DNA of 64,000 bases from contig NW_027362762.1 of assembly GCF_046119375.1 (NCBI RefSeq), forward strand, positions 157,604,001 through 157,668,000, read 5' to 3'. Origin of the DNA: Phyllobates terribilis. Its lineage: Eukaryota. The notes beneath the pieces were generated by a model. It ran no database searches and had not been told where the DNA came from. It saw only the letters and a program-made list of their open reading frames with translations. Of this stretch, positions 62,112 to 64,000 are shown one piece after another. The stretch's first letter is position 1. The number at the start of each line of letters is the position of its first letter. A program made the position numbers and the translations under genes.

Positions 62112-62536
62112 CAGTTGAATCCAGAAGTTTACATACACTATATAAAAAGACACATATGCATGTGTTTCTCAGTATCTGACATGAAATCAGAATAAACCTT
62201 TCCCGTTTTAGGTCAATTAGGATTACCATAATGTTTAATATTTGCCAAATGCCAGAATAATGAGAGAGAGAGAATGTTTTAAGGCCTTTTTATTACTTAC
62301 TGCAAAGTCAAAAGACTGCCCATATGATGATGTCAGGTGTTTGGAAGCTTCTGATAGTTTTTTTGGCAACATCTGAGTTAATTAGAGTCACACCTGTGGA
62401 TGTATTTTAATGCACACCTGAAACACACTGCCTCTTTGTGTAGCATCATGGGAAAGTCTAAAGAAATCAGCCAATATATCAGGAAGAGAATTGTGGACTT
62501 GTAAAAGTCTGGCTCATCCTTGGGTACAATTTCAAC
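62112..62536 (+). mobile_element. Tc1 (Sleeping Beauty-like) left arm interrupted by CR1
   Basis: cagttgaatccagaagtttacatacact TIR and ATGGGAAAGTCTAAAGAAATCAGC (MGKSKEIS...) near 62448, broken off at the CR1 tail. Confidence 0.85.
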
Positions 62537-64000
62537 AATCATAGAATCATAGAATGGTAGAGTTGGAGGGGACCTCCTGGGTCATCTGGTCCAACCCTCT
62601 GCTCAAAGCAGGATTCACTAAATCATCTCAGACAGATATCTGTCCAGCCTCTGTTTGAAGACGTCCATTGAAGGGGAACTCACCACCTCTCGTGGCAACC
62701 TGTTCCACTCATTGATCACCCTAACTGTCAAAAAGTTTTTTCTATTATCTAATCTGTGTTTCCTCCCATTCAGTTTCATCCCATTGCTTCTAGTCTTTCC
62801 TTGTGCAAATGAGAATAAAGATGATCCTTCTACAATGTGACAGCCCTTGAGATATTTGTAGACCGCTATTGTCTCCTCTCAGTCTTCTTTTTTGAAAGCT
62901 AAACATTTCCAAATCCTGTAACCGTTCCTCATAGGACATGGTTTGCAGACCGGTCACCATTCTGGTCGCTCTTCTCTGAACTTGCTCCAGTTTGTCAATG
63001 TCTTTTTTAAAATGTGGTGCCCAAAACTGGACACAGTATTCCAGATGAGGTCTGACCAAAGAGGAGTAAAGTTTGATAATGACTTCACGTGATCTAGACT
63101 GTATGCTTCTGTTAATACATCCCAGAATTGTATTTGCCTTTTTTGCTGCTGCATCACACTGTTGACTCATGTTCAGTCTATGATCTATTAGTATACCTAA
63201 GTCTTTTTCACATGTACTGTTGCTTAGCTCTATTCCTCCCATTTTGTATATGCTTTTTACATTTTTATTGCCCAGATGTAGTACTTTGCATTTTTCCCTG
63301 TTAAAAACCATTCTGTTAGTTACTGCCCACTGCTCCAGTTTATTTAGGTCTTTTTGAATCCTCTCTCTCTCTTCTCTAGTATTAGCTATCCCTCCTAGCT
63401 TTGTGTCATCAGCAAATTTAATCAGTTTACCCTCAATTCCTTCATCTAAATCATTGATAAAGATGTTGAACAATACAGGTCCCAGGACAGAGCCCTGTGG
63501 TACCCCACTTGAGACATTCATCCAACTGGATGTGAAGCCATTTACGACCACTCTTTGAGTCCGATCACTAAGCCAGTTATGAATCCACCTAACAGTTGCC
63601 TTGTCCATTCCATACTTGGTCATTTTTTCAATAAGGATGGTGTGAGATACTTTGTCAAATGCTTTACCGAAGTCAAGATATACTATATCTACAGCATTTC
63701 CCTGATCCACCCAGTCAGTGATTCTGTCATAGAAGGAAATTAAGTTAGTCTGACATGACTTGTTAGTTACAAACCCATGCTGATTCTGGTTAATCACTTC
63801 ATTCTTATCCAGGTACTTACATACATGTTGTTTAATAATTTGTTCAAAGACCTTTCCTGGTATAGAAGTCAGACTCACCGGCCTATAGTTCCCTGGGTCC
63901 ACCTTCTTCCCCTTTTTGAAGATAAGAACAACATTTGCTCTTCTCTAGTCTTCTGGGACTTCTCCTGTTCTCCAAGAATTTTCAAAGATTATGGAGAGTA
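62537..64000 (-). mobile_element. CR1 LINE 3' portion (continues beyond the window)
   Basis: (ATTCTATG)n tail and RT ORF 62790-63902 with [12 protein letters not shown] and HLEYCVQFW. Frameshift near the C-terminus. Confidence 0.95.

Overview
Vertebrate genomic DNA, most likely a frog. The species is inferred from the TE families and not proven. One host gene is recognisable: a + strand endou (poly(U)-specific endoribonuclease / PP11 family) with two somatomedin-B domains and an intact EndoU catalytic domain. Ten coding exons (17205-56245) were assembled by hand with consistent AG/GT sites and phases. The ATG/signal-peptide exon was not securely located. Most of the remaining sequence is a layered TE landscape: a 10.9-kb hAT element with TIRs and an 8-bp TSD (carrying a nested Penelope-like element and an inverted relic of hAT transposase sequence), Tc1 elements, a BEL/Pao and a Gypsy LTR retrotransposon plus a solo LTR, L2 and CR1 LINEs, a second Penelope-like element, a piggyBac-like TTAA element, many MITEs and several minisatellites. 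No rRNA, tRNA or CRISPR features were found. The most intriguing observations are the antisense transposase relic inside the hAT, two tandem 45-nt in-frame microexons in endou, degenerate hammerhead ribozyme motifs, and a second tRNA-Ser PBS-like site inside the Gypsy LTRs. All coordinates and alignments were made by eye.
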